From Candidatus Latescibacterota bacterium (GTDB lineage Bacteria; Latescibacterota; UBA2968; UBA8231), in assembly GCA_963422735.1 (NCBI GenBank), contig OY730476.1:1088001-1152000 (forward strand): a stretch of 64,000 nt of DNA. The letters are read 5' to 3'. The notes below the pieces were generated by a model. That model was not told the DNA's origin and searched no databases. It worked only from the letters and a program-made list of their open reading frames with translations. The position numbers and the translations under genes were made by a program. Positions 18,022 to 28,654 of the stretch are shown here, piece by piece (positions within the stretch are counted from its first letter, which is position 1; each line of letters opens with the position of its first letter).

Positions 18022-18959
18022 CTAGGGGGTCCATCCCTCCATCATCTCGGCGTACTGGTGCGCCTGATCGGCAATGTCTATGCCAACTTCCTCAGACCAC
18101 GCCGCTAGCAATCGGCGGTACACTGGCCCCACTCGGCCGTCGCCTACCGCCTGAAAGTTAAAGCGCGTGATGGGCACCATGCAGACCGTGGTGCTGGTAA
18201 ACCACGCTTCGTCGGCTAGGCGCACGTCGTAGGGTTCAATGTCGGCTTCGCACAGAGGAAGGCCGAGTTTACCGGCCAGCTCCATACATGCACCGCGCGA
18301 TACGCCGCGCAGGATATTATGCCCTTTGGGCGTTAGTACTTGGCCGTCGCAGACCATAAAGAAGTTGTTGCCGGTTCCCTCGGTGATAAAGCCGTGCTCG
18401 TCGGTCAGCAGCGCCTGAGCACCAGCCTCCATTTGCGCTGCCTGCAACTCGGCGATCTTGTAAAAGATGCGGCTGCGATTTTTGGCTTTGGGGTCGATGT
18501 AGCGCGAGGGCACCGACTGCTGAGGCTGGACGACGAAGTGCGCCCCTCTCGATAGAGGTGCGCCATCCCGCCGATGTGCCGCACCAGCGGGAAGACGTTG
18601 ATGGAGACAATAGGAGCCGTGCCCTCCTTGACGATGGTATCGTACAGCGGTAGAGCACCGCGAGTGACGTCGTGCATGATCTGGAAGTCCAGCGCGCCGA
18701 TCGCGGGCAGGTTGCGGGCAATAGTCTCGTGGGTCGCCTCCTCCATCGCGTCAATGTCCAGCCCGCAGTCTATCTGCGCGTATTTGAGCGAGCCGTAGAG
18801 CCGCTCCAGATGCTCGCGCAGCCGATAGGGCTTTTGCCCAAAGCTCCGCGTCATTTCGAAAATCATATCCCCGTACATCAGGGCGCAGTCAAAAATCGAG
18901 ATCCGCGCCTCTGGCTCGGGGACGAACTCGCCATTAAAACAAACCAATCTTTTGGCCAT
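18022..18959 (-). pseudogene. Class IV (branched-chain/D-amino acid) aminotransferase split by a 1-bp frameshift
   Basis: FNGEFVP...YGDMIFEMTR...LREHLERL and KAKNRSR...ITEGTGNNFF...ILRGVSR join if one base is added to the C4 run at 18543-18546. May be a sequencing error. Confidence 0.85.
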
Positions 18960-18994
18960 AGCTGCCTCCCTATGATATGATCGCGACGCGACCG

Positions 18995-20938
18995 CTACCC
19001 CATGATGATATTGCCTAGGCGACTGCCCTGCATCCCGGTGCAATAATCGACGACCACCCAGAAGCCGGCGACGACCGCCTCGCCGAGGATCAAGCCCAAA
19101 AACAACGGCTTCAATCGCTCGAAAAGCCCCAAACCCCCGTATTTGAGTACTGTGCCTTTAATAGCCCAAGCAACGAATACCGAAAACCACATTGAGCCAA
19201 AGACGCAACTGATCGGAAAACCCAGCGGGTGAAAAGGCCACCACACGAAGCGATATTGCAACCACATCAACACGCCCATAATTCCCGCCCCGAACCAAGT
19301 ATGCGACCACATACCTGGACTCGGCCCCTCGGGGGTCTGCACGTTCTTACTCATAAAATTGTACGGATACTGGGCGACATTATTAAAATAAAAACTCGAC
19401 AGATTGATCGCCCCGTGTTTGTAGGCCAAATAGAGCGTCAGCCCGATGACCGAACTCAGCGTCAGCACGATCGCCGCCAAAATACCCCAAAGCATCCGCC
19501 GCCGGCCGGCCAGGTCTATCTCGGTAAACAGCTTCAGGCCATTGGCACAGGCCGCCATCAGCACGATCAACTGATCCACTCCCCAGGCATAGCTCAGCGC
19601 CAGCCCCGCTGTGCCCTTGAAACCCAATAGCGAGGCCCCGACCCCCGAGATGGCGAAATCCGGGCCGTTGCTCGGCGGAAACATCGAAGCCACCCCCCCT
19701 TGGGCGACCACCCGCGCGATGGTCATAAAACCGACAAACGAGCCGACTAACAACATCACCGCCACCGGCAAGGGCATTCCCGTGCGCCAAAGCCAGACGG
19801 TCATCGCCATAAAGCTAATTATCGCGCCACCGACCGCCGCTCGATAGGACATGATCTCGTCGCTGTCTTCGACATCCGCATCGCCGCGTAGCGCTCGGCG
19901 CAACACCGCTCGCAAATGCTCCCGACCCACCCATAATGTCCCCAGCACCAGCACGATCATACCCCCCATTGCCTGGTAGATAATGATTGAATCCGTATAC
20001 TGGCTGTAGGGGCCCATGCTGGCGTCCTTGCCGCCCCAAGCGAACTGGGCCAGCAACCCGCTCTGCAAGCGATTAAACAAAAAGAAGACCACCAAACCCG
20101 AGGCGACATTCTGTGGCACGAAATACGAGAAACCGACCATCGAGGGGTTGAGCCCCAACCCGAGCGCGGGTATGCCGCGCACGATCTCCACCGAGCCCAG
20201 CGACAAGCTCACCTGGGGAATGACCACATAATAGTTGTGCAGGGCATTGATCGAGCCGAGCACAAAGGGCATGGCAAAACCAATCCACACCAGGCCCCGC
20301 CGCAACAGAGGCTTCTGCCTCTCGCCACCCAATAGCGCCAGCGGCAACTGCACCATCGGATAACTCAGCCGCTCGTGCTCGACCCACTGGCGCCTGACGA
20401 TGACCATCAGGCAGACCATCGCCAAAAAGAGCGCCAACCCGAAAATGGCCCACCAGCATAATGGCGCCACCCATACATCCCAGGGAATCGCCCCGTCGGG
20501 TGCGCCCTCGTAAAACCGGCGAATAGCCTCATCCCCCTGCGGCAGCGGCCAATCCGGCAGAAAGGGCTGGACTAGCTCTCTCCAATTATTTTCGGGGGTC
20601 GCGTAATAATAGGCTCCGGTCATCACCGGCAACAGTTGCACCGGCAAACCGCGCCCGGAAAGCGTATTGGCCAACAACAACAGGAAAAACACCACCGCCA
20701 ACTCTCCCCGCACCAGCGCCAGACGGGGATAGACCCAACGCACCAGCCCATTGCCGACAACGACTAAGAAAAATAAAAAGATCGCCCCCGGCGTCAGGTT
20801 CCAAATCGCCAAGCCGGAGCCTTTGATGATCATATCGTTGTAGGTCGACCCCAACCCGAGGCAGACTGCCCCGATCAGCCCGACGCAAAGCGCCTTGGCC
20901 GTACAGCCCTTTACCGAGTCTACAGAGATAGCACCCAT
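18995..20938 (-). CDS. DUF6785/DUF6784-type polytopic membrane protein (putative transporter)
   Basis: 647 aa with many TM segments; RRQWVEHERLSYPMVQLP, WWPFHPLGF and LKYGG...FLGLILGE. Confidence 0.8.
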   Translation of the reverse strand: MGAISVDSVKGCTAKALCVGLIGAVCLGLGSTYNDMIIKGSGLAIWNLTPGAIFLFFLVVVGNGLVRWVYPRLALVRGELAVVFFLLLLANTLSGRGLPVQLLPVMTGAYYYATPENNWRELVQPFLPDWPLPQGDEAIRRFYEGAPDGAIPWDVWVAPLCWWAIFGLALFLAMVCLMVIVRRQWVEHERLSYPMVQLPLALLGGERQKPLLRRGLVWIGFAMPFVLGSINALHNYYVVIPQVSLSLGSVEIVRGIPALGLGLNPSMVGFSYFVPQNVASGLVVFFLFNRLQSGLLAQFAWGGKDASMGPYSQYTDSIIIYQAMGGMIVLVLGTLWVGREHLRAVLRRALRGDADVEDSDEIMSYRAAVGGAIISFMAMTVWLWRTGMPLPVAVMLLVGSFVGFMTIARVVAQGGVASMFPPSNGPDFAISGVGASLLGFKGTAGLALSYAWGVDQLIVLMAACANGLKLFTEIDLAGRRRMLWGILAAIVLTLSSVIGLTLYLAYKHGAINLSSFYFNNVAQYPYNFMSKNVQTPEGPSPGMWSHTWFGAGIMGVLMWLQYRFVWWPFHPLGFPISCVFGSMWFSVFVAWAIKGTVLKYGGLGLFERLKPLFLGLILGEAVVAGFWVVVDYCTGMQGSRLGNIIMG

Positions 20939-21038
20939 TGCACGAAACCTACGCTTCCCGTCCCGATAAAAAGGCTGCGATGTATCGGGAGCCTCCTGTA
21001 TAATATGAGCGGTCGGTCCGCTACTACCCCCCAGCCGT

Positions 21039-21085
21039 AAAGAAAAACCAGATAGTCCTTGCCCGAAAGGTCAAAGGCTATCTGG
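21039..21085 (-). terminator. Rho-independent terminator
   Basis: The minus strand reads CCAGATAGCCTTTGACC-TTTC-GGGCAAGGACTATCTGG followed by TTTTTCTTT. Confidence 0.75.
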
Positions 21086-21096
21086 CCTAAAACGAT

Positions 21097-21128
21097 CTGG
21101 TATAACTTGAAACTGGTATAACTTGAAA
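21097..21128 (+). repeat. Perfect 16-bp tandem duplication CTGGTATAACTTGAAA x2
   Basis: 21097-21112 is identical to 21113-21128. Confidence 0.95.
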
Positions 21129-21892
21129 TTCGAATATTAAATAGCCGCGCCTAAGACAATCGCGCGTTTTTCGCTGGAGCCGACCCCAATACCCGGTTAC
21201 CGTCCCTTGCTCCACGCTTGCATGATCCGCGGCGCCCCGTACCACGCATGGCAGCCGAAACCCTTGGGCAGATCGACCGGATCGGGTATCAGCCTTCTTC
21301 GCGGCAGGCGACGATCAGTTGCCTACACGCCACCATGAAGCCCAAAAAGCCCAGATAGTAAGGATGTCCCAGCAAGTGTGAAGACTCCAACTCGTCCACC
21401 TTCTCGGCAAAAGCCGTTATCGCACCGTCGAGCGCACTGCAGGCGAGTTCGGCGCAGATCAATCGCTCCTCGTCTTCTCCAGCCACAACCGGCATACCAA
21501 CTGCCAGCGCCCGTCTTCTAAGCGGTATTCCGCCAATCTCGATCTCGCCCCCTCGTCCGCGTCGCCGAGCAAATCCTCCTCGCTTATAGGTCCCTCGCAC
21601 AAGCCGCCGAGCGCAGAGTCTTCATATAACGTCCACTATATTGCCCATGCCCTTGTCGTCCCCCTCCGTCGTCGAAAGAAGGCTCCTTTTCGATATCGCA
21701 ATCGCCCAGCAGATACCAAAAGTCCACCGGCCTGAGTGGATGGGTCAGAATGCGATGTTTACCCCAACTAGGCAGCGATGACACTTGCCGTCCCTATTAA
21801 CGCCCAACGCCGGCCGCCGCGCACTTCACCGCGCCGGTCCTGCCTAAAGGCAGGGTGAAGCCATTTCGCCGCAGTAGGAGCAGCTAATTTTC

Positions 21893-22906
21893 TCACGGTG
21901 TCGGCGCGGCCTCCGGCAGCAGCCCCTCAGCCTTTAGCTCGGCCCACAGGGCCGGTGGAATCTCCGCCTGCATCACGCGCGCGTTGTCCTCCAGCTCGGC
22001 CACGGATGCCGCGCCGGGCACCGCCGAAATCACCGCCTCGTGCCCAAAGGGAAATTGCAATGCCGCGGCCCGCAGTTCAACGCCGTGCCGGTCGCAGACC
22101 GCCTTGAGCGCCTTGGCCTGCTGCACCAGATGCGCGGGCGCGGGCTGGTAATCAAAAGAAACCGGCTGGCTCAGATCGCGGGCGAGGATGCCGCTGTTGT
22201 ACGGCCCGCCCATGGTCAGCTTCACCCCGTGCTCTACGCACAGCGGCAAAAACTCGGGCAGCGCCGACTGCTCCAGCAGCGTGTAGCGCCCGGCCAACAG
22301 GATGTAATCCAGATCAAAGCGCTCAACCATCCGCCCGGTGCGCTCCCATTCGTTCATGCCCATGCCGATGGCCTTGACCGTGCCCGTCGCCCGCAATTTG
22401 ACCGCGGCCTCCAGCGCCTCGATGAAGTCCTCGTCGGTGTGCTGCCCCTTGAAGTCGCTGTCGTGGACAAAGAAAATATCCACTGCGGCCAATCCCAGCC
22501 GTTCCAAGCTCGAATCGAGCGAGGCCCGCAGGCCCTCGGCGCTGAAATCGAAATCATAGGTGTAGTGTGGGATTCCGTCCTCGCTATAAGGCACCAAGTC
22601 GTCCGGGGCTACGGGCCGCAATACTCGCGCCCCCTTGGTCGAGATGGCAAACGACGCGCGCGGGAATCCACCTAACACCCGCCCATAGCGCACCTCGCTG
22701 CGCCCGTCGCCGTACATCGGCGCGGTATCAAAATAACGCACGCCCATCTCGTATGCACGGCGGATGATGGCCAATGCCTCCTCGTAGCCGCTGCCCTCAA
22801 AAATCCCGTCGGCCAAGACCATCCCGCCCAACGGCGCACCGCCCAAGCCCAGCCGCGTCACCTCCACGCCCGTATCGCCAATCGCTACTTTTTCAAAAGG
22901 GTTCAT
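21893..22906 (-). CDS. Aldo/keto reductase (D-threo-aldose 1-dehydrogenase-like)
   Basis: True start MNPFEK at 22906; LGLGGAPLG, YFDTAPMYG, ISTK, FVHD, LAGRYTLLEQ and GGPYNSGIL. Confidence 0.9.
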   Translation of the reverse strand: MNPFEKVAIGDTGVEVTRLGLGGAPLGGMVLADGIFEGSGYEEALAIIRRAYEMGVRYFDTAPMYGDGRSEVRYGRVLGGFPRASFAISTKGARVLRPVAPDDLVPYSEDGIPHYTYDFDFSAEGLRASLDSSLERLGLAAVDIFFVHDSDFKGQHTDEDFIEALEAAVKLRATGTVKAIGMGMNEWERTGRMVERFDLDYILLAGRYTLLEQSALPEFLPLCVEHGVKLTMGGPYNSGILARDLSQPVSFDYQPAPAHLVQQAKALKAVCDRHGVELRAAALQFPFGHEAVISAVPGAASVAELEDNARVMQAEIPPALWAELKAEGLLPEAAPTP

Positions 22907-22908
22907 AC

Positions 22909-23805
22909 TCACTCCAGTCCGTAGAGCCGCTCGGCATTGCCGGCGAGCAATTTGGCCTGCTCTTCCTCCGGCCGCCCGGAGACGATCTCTCGCAGCGCAG
23001 CCACCCACGCACCCAAGCTCGCCCCCATATTGCACACTGGCCAGTCGCCGCCAAACACCACCCGGTCCGGCCCAAAGCTGTCCAAGCAGTGGTTGATCGT
23101 CGGTGCCAGCGCGTCGGTGCTCCACCCTGCGCGTGCCCGGGCGACGATCCCAGATATTTTGCACACCATGTGCTCCCGTGTACCCAGTGTGGCCATATCG
23201 CGCTGCCACTGCTCTTTGGTGTGGCTAAAAGGGTTGGCCGGATCGTGCCCTGCCACGCCGTTGACGACCTGCGGGTCGGCGTTGCCGCAGTGATCGACGA
23301 TAAAGCGCGTACCCGGACACTGATCCACCAAGCCGACCGCGTCCCCCAACTCGCTCGGCCGCAGGCACAGATCGAAGCTCACGCCGACCTCGCCCAAGTA
23401 TTGCACGTCCCGGACGAAACCTTCCTGCAAGCACCGCCCCGGCTCGGCGTCGGGCACGTGCAATACCAGCCGCATGCCCTTGATGAAATCATTGTCCTTA
23501 AAGCGGTCGATATAAGCGCGGAAACCCTCCTCCCCCGGGCGGCCCCCGATCACCGCTCCGGCCATTGGATTGTCGTCAGCCTTGCACAGGCCGGCCACAA
23601 ATTCCGCTTCCGCAATGCGCTGCGCGGCGGTGACATCGACTTCCATATAGACGGTGCGGGCAATGCCAGTCCCTTCGGCCGCCGCCAAGTAATCGCTCAT
23701 CAAGTGATTTTTCCGCAGCGGCTCCATTCCCGCGCCCTCCAACCACGGCAGCGCGAACTGCGCCAAATTCCATAGGTGTTGATGCGTATCGACGATGGGT
23801 AGCAT
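22909..23805 (-). CDS. Amidohydrolase family protein (sugar lactonase-like)
   Basis: DTHQHLW, FIVDHCGN, CKISG and FGPDRVVFGGDWPV. Confidence 0.9.
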   Translation of the reverse strand: MLPIVDTHQHLWNLAQFALPWLEGAGMEPLRKNHLMSDYLAAAEGTGIARTVYMEVDVTAAQRIAEAEFVAGLCKADDNPMAGAVIGGRPGEEGFRAYIDRFKDNDFIKGMRLVLHVPDAEPGRCLQEGFVRDVQYLGEVGVSFDLCLRPSELGDAVGLVDQCPGTRFIVDHCGNADPQVVNGVAGHDPANPFSHTKEQWQRDMATLGTREHMVCKISGIVARARAGWSTDALAPTINHCLDSFGPDRVVFGGDWPVCNMGASLGAWVAALREIVSGRPEEEQAKLLAGNAERLYGLE

Positions 23806-23844
23806 AACTTTTCCTTTTATATAAAGTGACCAAGGATTTATCTT

Positions 23845-25201
23845 TCACTCTTCACACTTCAACGGCGCGAAGACCGCTTCCATCCATTCCGGCAACGTTC
23901 CGTTCTCCTCCAACGACCGGACAGCTGCGGCGACTTCCTCCTTGGATATGGTATCGAAGAAAGCCGCCGTAGGCACCAAGGCGTCATTCAAATCATTGGG
24001 TTCAAACTTGTCCAGTGCCCGACCGTATTGGCGCATAGAGCGGGCAACGATCTGCCGCCCCGTTTGCGACGACAAATAGAGAAACAAGTGCTCTACGTAT
24101 GCGGCACCCAACAGGTTGGGTTGGAATCCATGGTAGCAAGTCAAGTTCAACGCCTTGGTCTTGTTTAATGCGACCTTGTAGCCATTGCGCGAGAACACGC
24201 CGAACAAAAGAGGCACCGGGCTTCGCTTCTCTGTTTTGTACCATGGCGTTCTGTTTTTCGTCAAAAACCGTTCGTGATAGCCTTCGCTCTCCCCAAACCG
24301 GATGTAATATTCGGCCGCTTTGGACGGGCACCTGTAGCAATGCCTCGGCTAAACTTTCCCAAGTGTGCCAGCGCGGTCATCTTTTGGCGATCGACGCTGA
24401 ACGCTGTCCCCTTAAAGTGTGGCAGCCACTTGGCCTGCGGATTCAATGCCGATCGAGGAACTTCAGCAACGGGTTGCAGACTCTCAAATGCGGCGAGTTC
24501 GTCCATAGATTGCAGGCGGAAAAACTGGACGGCGATATGATAAGCCGCTTTGTCGTATAAAATGATGCCCACAGACGTAGTCGCATCCGGGAAAATGTCT
24601 TTCTCGCAAGCAAAGCTGATAATGCTGCACAAGTGGCCGGACTCAACGAGTTTTTGCTTTACCAACGTGCCGTATCCCGCATTCAAGAACTCGAGCGGCA
24701 TGATATACGCCAAGCGACCACGTGCAGAAAGTTCGGAAAGTGACTTGAGTAGAAAGGCCGAAGCAGTGTTCACATATCCAGATAGCTTTATGCCGAGATT
24801 TTTCTTAAACTCTCGGATGACTACATCCCTATTGAGAAACTTCTGAAAGCGCATGTACGGTGGGTTACAAACGATACTAGCGTATTGGCCACCCCAAAAA
24901 CGCAAATAGTCTCCAATGGCAATAAAATCTGCGCGTTCCCCTGTATTCCGTTCCCAGAACTCGACGATGGTAGCATCCACTTCACACCCTGTAAACTGAA
25001 CGCCAGTGGGGTCCTCAATCGCCGTGCGAAACGCACCCAATCCACATTGGTCAGAAAATCCGAACTCGCCAGGGTCGGCGGTCTTCCGCTTAATTGGATA
25101 TCCGTATCAATTTCAATCGAAAAATGGCTTATAAGGGAAGCGATTGTGTCCCTATATGTCGTCACAACTAAATACCTCCTCGCCTCAAAGAGTGCGCTCA
25201 A
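23845..25201 (-). pseudogene. Fragmented N6-adenine DNA methyltransferase (type II/IIG R-M) with an upstream gene remnant
   Basis: Partial motif I (CGLGAF), motif IV IVCNPPY, LAYIMPLEFL and SRGIATGA; internal deletions; visibly lower GC than flanks. Confidence 0.8.
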
Positions 25202-25213
25202 GCAAATTGCCTC

Positions 25214-26236
25214 TTACAGATAATCCGCAATTCGCTTGGGCTGCCCATCCACCGTCGTCTCCATCGCTGCAATCACCAACGCGAAACTCTGCAAATTATC
25301 TTCAATCCGCGTCGCCGACGCCTTGCCTCCCTCTAGCCAATCCACAAACTCCTTGAACAAATACTCGTGCCCTGCCCACTCCATCGCCGGTGCCGGATAC
25401 ACCTCTACCTCCTGCCCCACCCGATAGATTCGCACCTCGTCTCCCGCTCCTATCTCCACCGTCCCTTCCTCGAACTCCAAGCGATAGTACTCGCTGTGCC
25501 AACAACTCGTAATCCCGGCGGCCGAACTGTTTCCCTCGTACGCAGTATGCACTCCATTGTCCATCCTCATCAGATAAAGCCCGCTCGAATAGTGCTTAAA
25601 ACTCGACCACGCCGGGTTCCACCCAAACCCTTGAAACACCTCGCAATCCCCCCCCGCTAAAAAGCGCATCATATCGAAGTGATGCACCGCGCCCTCAAAG
25701 AGCAAGCTGAAATCCATATCGTGTCGCCACGCCTTGCCCCACGACATGTATTCGCGATAGTCGCAGGCGTAGCGGCCGAAGATGTGCTGTAGCCGCCCAA
25801 GTCGCCCTTCGTCGCGAATCCGCACCAGCTCTTGCTTGTTGGGCGCGTAGCGGTAGTTCTGGATAATCGCGCACGGCAACCCCGTCTCCTCGGCCTTAGT
25901 TGCCATCGCCTTGGCCGCTGCTAACGTATCGGCAATCGGCTTCTCGCAGATAACCGCCATCCCCGCTTCCAGCGCGGCGATGGCCTGCGGGCTGTGGAAC
26001 TGCGGCGGAGTGGCAATGCCGCAGAAATCGGCCTGTACCTTGGTGCAAGCCTCTTCGCAATCGGTAAAAAGCTGATCGGCTCCCAAGCCGAGCTTGGCCC
26101 CTTGAGCGGCGAGTGCTTCCTCGTTGACATCTACTAGCCCGACAATCTGGATTCTGTCGTCGAGGCGCTCGGTCATCCGTCCGATCCAACCGCCCGCCAT
26201 GCCGCTAGCACCGATCATCAAACAAGTCTTAACCAC
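25214..26236 (-). CDS. Gfo/Idh/MocA family oxidoreductase
   Basis: IGASGMA, ATPPQFH, ICEKP and FEGAVHHFD. Confidence 0.9.
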   Translation of the reverse strand: MVKTCLMIGASGMAGGWIGRMTERLDDRIQIVGLVDVNEEALAAQGAKLGLGADQLFTDCEEACTKVQADFCGIATPPQFHSPQAIAALEAGMAVICEKPIADTLAAAKAMATKAEETGLPCAIIQNYRYAPNKQELVRIRDEGRLGRLQHIFGRYACDYREYMSWGKAWRHDMDFSLLFEGAVHHFDMMRFLAGGDCEVFQGFGWNPAWSSFKHYSSGLYLMRMDNGVHTAYEGNSSAAGITSCWHSEYYRLEFEEGTVEIGAGDEVRIYRVGQEVEVYPAPAMEWAGHEYLFKEFVDWLEGGKASATRIEDNLQSFALVIAAMETTVDGQPKRIADYL

Positions 26237-26304
26237 GATGCGCTCCTTCTAATTTTTCGCATTGGAATTTGGATACTGATGCTACGCTACTAACTTCCTA
26301 CTCA

Positions 26305-28650
26305 CTAATAGGCCAAAGCGAGGGACCGCAAGACCGCCTCGCTACCGCTCGCCGTTCCTGGGTCAATCCGGCAGAGGTACATCCCCGGCAACGCCAACGC
26401 GCCATCCGCAGCGTACCCCGACCAGCGAAAGTGCCAGCGTCCGGCAACCTTGGTGCCACCCGGCTGGGCGATCAACCGCCCGGCGACATCAAAAATCCGC
26501 ACCTGTGGCTCCTGTGCCTTGAAAACTATAAAGCCGATCTCCACCGCGTCGTTGACCCCGTCGCCGTTGGGCGTAAAGGCCTCGGGCGCGATCTCCACGT
26601 CGGCGACGAGCGCAGACTGGACGGGCAGGTCGGGCAACAGCACGATATGGGCCCGTCGTGCACTCGGCACTACCGACTGCCAAAGCTCGGGACGCTCGCT
26701 CGCGCCTAGATCGAGTGCGAAGAGTGCTGCATTGTCCAAAAGCCGCACAGTAAAATCCACCTCTACCGAATCGGCGACCACCACGTGCGGCAACAAGACC
26801 AAAAGCGAATCGCCGCTCAGCACCACCTGCTGAGGCGCTACGTCCTCCCCGCCGATCCGCAGCGCCACGTTGCCCGTGGTCGTGCCGGGAATGCGAAAGC
26901 GCAAGCGATCGAAGCCGCTGTCCTGCCCATCGGTACTTGGCCACAGCGTATAGGTAAAACGCGTATCCTCGTTGAGCTGGGCTTCTCGTGGCCAAATTTG
27001 CCCGCGCGCGGACTGTACCAAAGCATCGACAAATTCAATCGTCAGCGCATCTACTGCTGGAGCCACTTGCGGGTCGTCGGTCGAGAGGATCATCTCCAAC
27101 TGCACGAAGCGGCGCGGGCTCGCCGATTGGAAGATCTCCCCTGAAAACTGATAAACGTTGCTCCAAGCGTCCCAATCTTCGCCGACGACCAAGGTCGTAT
27201 CAATGGGGCCTTTTAACACCTTGGGCAAGCTGTTGTAGCGCTCCTCGGTGACGCGGTCCCCTTTTTTGTCGAAGAAGGCATACCTTTCTTGCAGCGCGTT
27301 GCCCGCACGCGAGCGCAGTTGGATTCTAGTCCGCGGCGGCAAGTGGGCTTTCCAAGTCAGCCCCTCAATCACCTTAGGCCGCCCATCGCCAGCTTCTGTC
27401 GCTAAATCGACAAAGTCCGAGCGCATCTCCACACGCGCCGGGTACCCCGCAGAAAAGAGCATAGTCTCTAGGCCCCAACCAAAGCCTGTTGCCGTCCCGT
27501 CTATCTCGTGCCAGAGCAGGTAGCGGATCTTGCGCGGAGCGAATAGGTAGCGCTGGTGAAAAAGTCGCCCCAAACACTGGGGCCGACAGCGATCTTCGAC
27601 GAGCACCTCGTAGTCAACCTGTTCGGGTACCGGCAATCCCGATCCGGCGGCCGGGCGGCCGTCGGAGACCAAGAAAAGCCCGCCTGCGGCCGAAGGGTTG
27701 CCGCCCTGTACCTGGCTGCGTAGCCCTTCGCCTAGCTGGCTGAAGTAAATAAAAAGCTCGTCGAGAAAAAACACCGCCCCTAAATCCACCCGCCACCACA
27801 CCCCCGCGTCGCGCCAGCCGCCTTCGGCAGTGGTCAAAAGGGCGAAGCTGTCCATATCGCCGTCGAACATCAGGGCCGCACCCGTAGTCCGACCGCCTTC
27901 GAGAAAACTGCCACCGCGACCCGCGGTGCCCAAGCTCACATTGTCCCCCACCGCCAAGACCTCGACCTCTGCCAGCGCCACGCCCGGGCTATGCTCGTCG
28001 ATTTCGACAATGATATACTGGATCACTTGAAAGCGCTTCTCGCGCTCTAAATCGAGTGCCAGCCCTTCGTCGAGTACATAGGTGCTGTCGGTTCTTAGAT
28101 ACTCGAGGGGAATCACCAGTTCGGTTGCAGTATTGGGTCTGGATGTGCGATAGATCGCTTCGAACTTGAATACATCGTTGAGCGCATCGATTCGGGCACC
28201 CGAGGCGACAAAGACGCTGAATTGCCGCAAGGGCCGCGCCCCCTCGCGGTCGGGAAAGACCAAGCGAATCTGGCGCGCCAGCACCGGACGCCCCAAATCT
28301 ATCTGCACCGACCACTGATCGATCGCATCGTCGGGGTCGGGTTGCCAGAAGGTTTCCAGATCGCCATCGACAATCAAATCTGCCGTCTGCGGGTTGCTCT
28401 TGGCCTCCCAGATCCCGCCGCTCACCTCGCCGCGCTTCTGCGTCGCATGGCGGAAGTCCCCGGCGTTGGCCACCGCATTGATCTCCTTGCGGAACTTCGT
28501 CAGTTGCAGCCTGCCGTCGGCATTGATCTGCACCAAGTCGTTGGGCATCTGCCAAGTCTGCCACGCCGCTGCACTGTCGAAGCGGAGCTCATCGGCCCAT
28601 ACCGCGCCGATTATTCCCAATAGTAGCGCATAAAAAGAGCGCATCGCCAT
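26305..28650 (-). CDS. Secreted discoidin-like/FlgD-Ig protein, paralogue of 11719..14043
   Basis: ADELRFDSAAAWQTW matches ADQLRFSSASQWSDW; shared RSRxG...FxDKxG and SPRRF blocks; tail FTPNGDGVND. Confidence 0.8.
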   Translation of the reverse strand: MAMRSFYALLLGIIGAVWADELRFDSAAAWQTWQMPNDLVQINADGRLQLTKFRKEINAVANAGDFRHATQKRGEVSGGIWEAKSNPQTADLIVDGDLETFWQPDPDDAIDQWSVQIDLGRPVLARQIRLVFPDREGARPLRQFSVFVASGARIDALNDVFKFEAIYRTSRPNTATELVIPLEYLRTDSTYVLDEGLALDLEREKRFQVIQYIIVEIDEHSPGVALAEVEVLAVGDNVSLGTAGRGGSFLEGGRTTGAALMFDGDMDSFALLTTAEGGWRDAGVWWRVDLGAVFFLDELFIYFSQLGEGLRSQVQGGNPSAAGGLFLVSDGRPAAGSGLPVPEQVDYEVLVEDRCRPQCLGRLFHQRYLFAPRKIRYLLWHEIDGTATGFGWGLETMLFSAGYPARVEMRSDFVDLATEAGDGRPKVIEGLTWKAHLPPRTRIQLRSRAGNALQERYAFFDKKGDRVTEERYNSLPKVLKGPIDTTLVVGEDWDAWSNVYQFSGEIFQSASPRRFVQLEMILSTDDPQVAPAVDALTIEFVDALVQSARGQIWPREAQLNEDTRFTYTLWPSTDGQDSGFDRLRFRIPGTTTGNVALRIGGEDVAPQQVVLSGDSLLVLLPHVVVADSVEVDFTVRLLDNAALFALDLGASERPELWQSVVPSARRAHIVLLPDLPVQSALVADVEIAPEAFTPNGDGVNDAVEIGFIVFKAQEPQVRIFDVAGRLIAQPGGTKVAGRWHFRWSGYAADGALALPGMYLCRIDPGTASGSEAVLRSLALAY

Positions 28651-28654
28651 GCTC

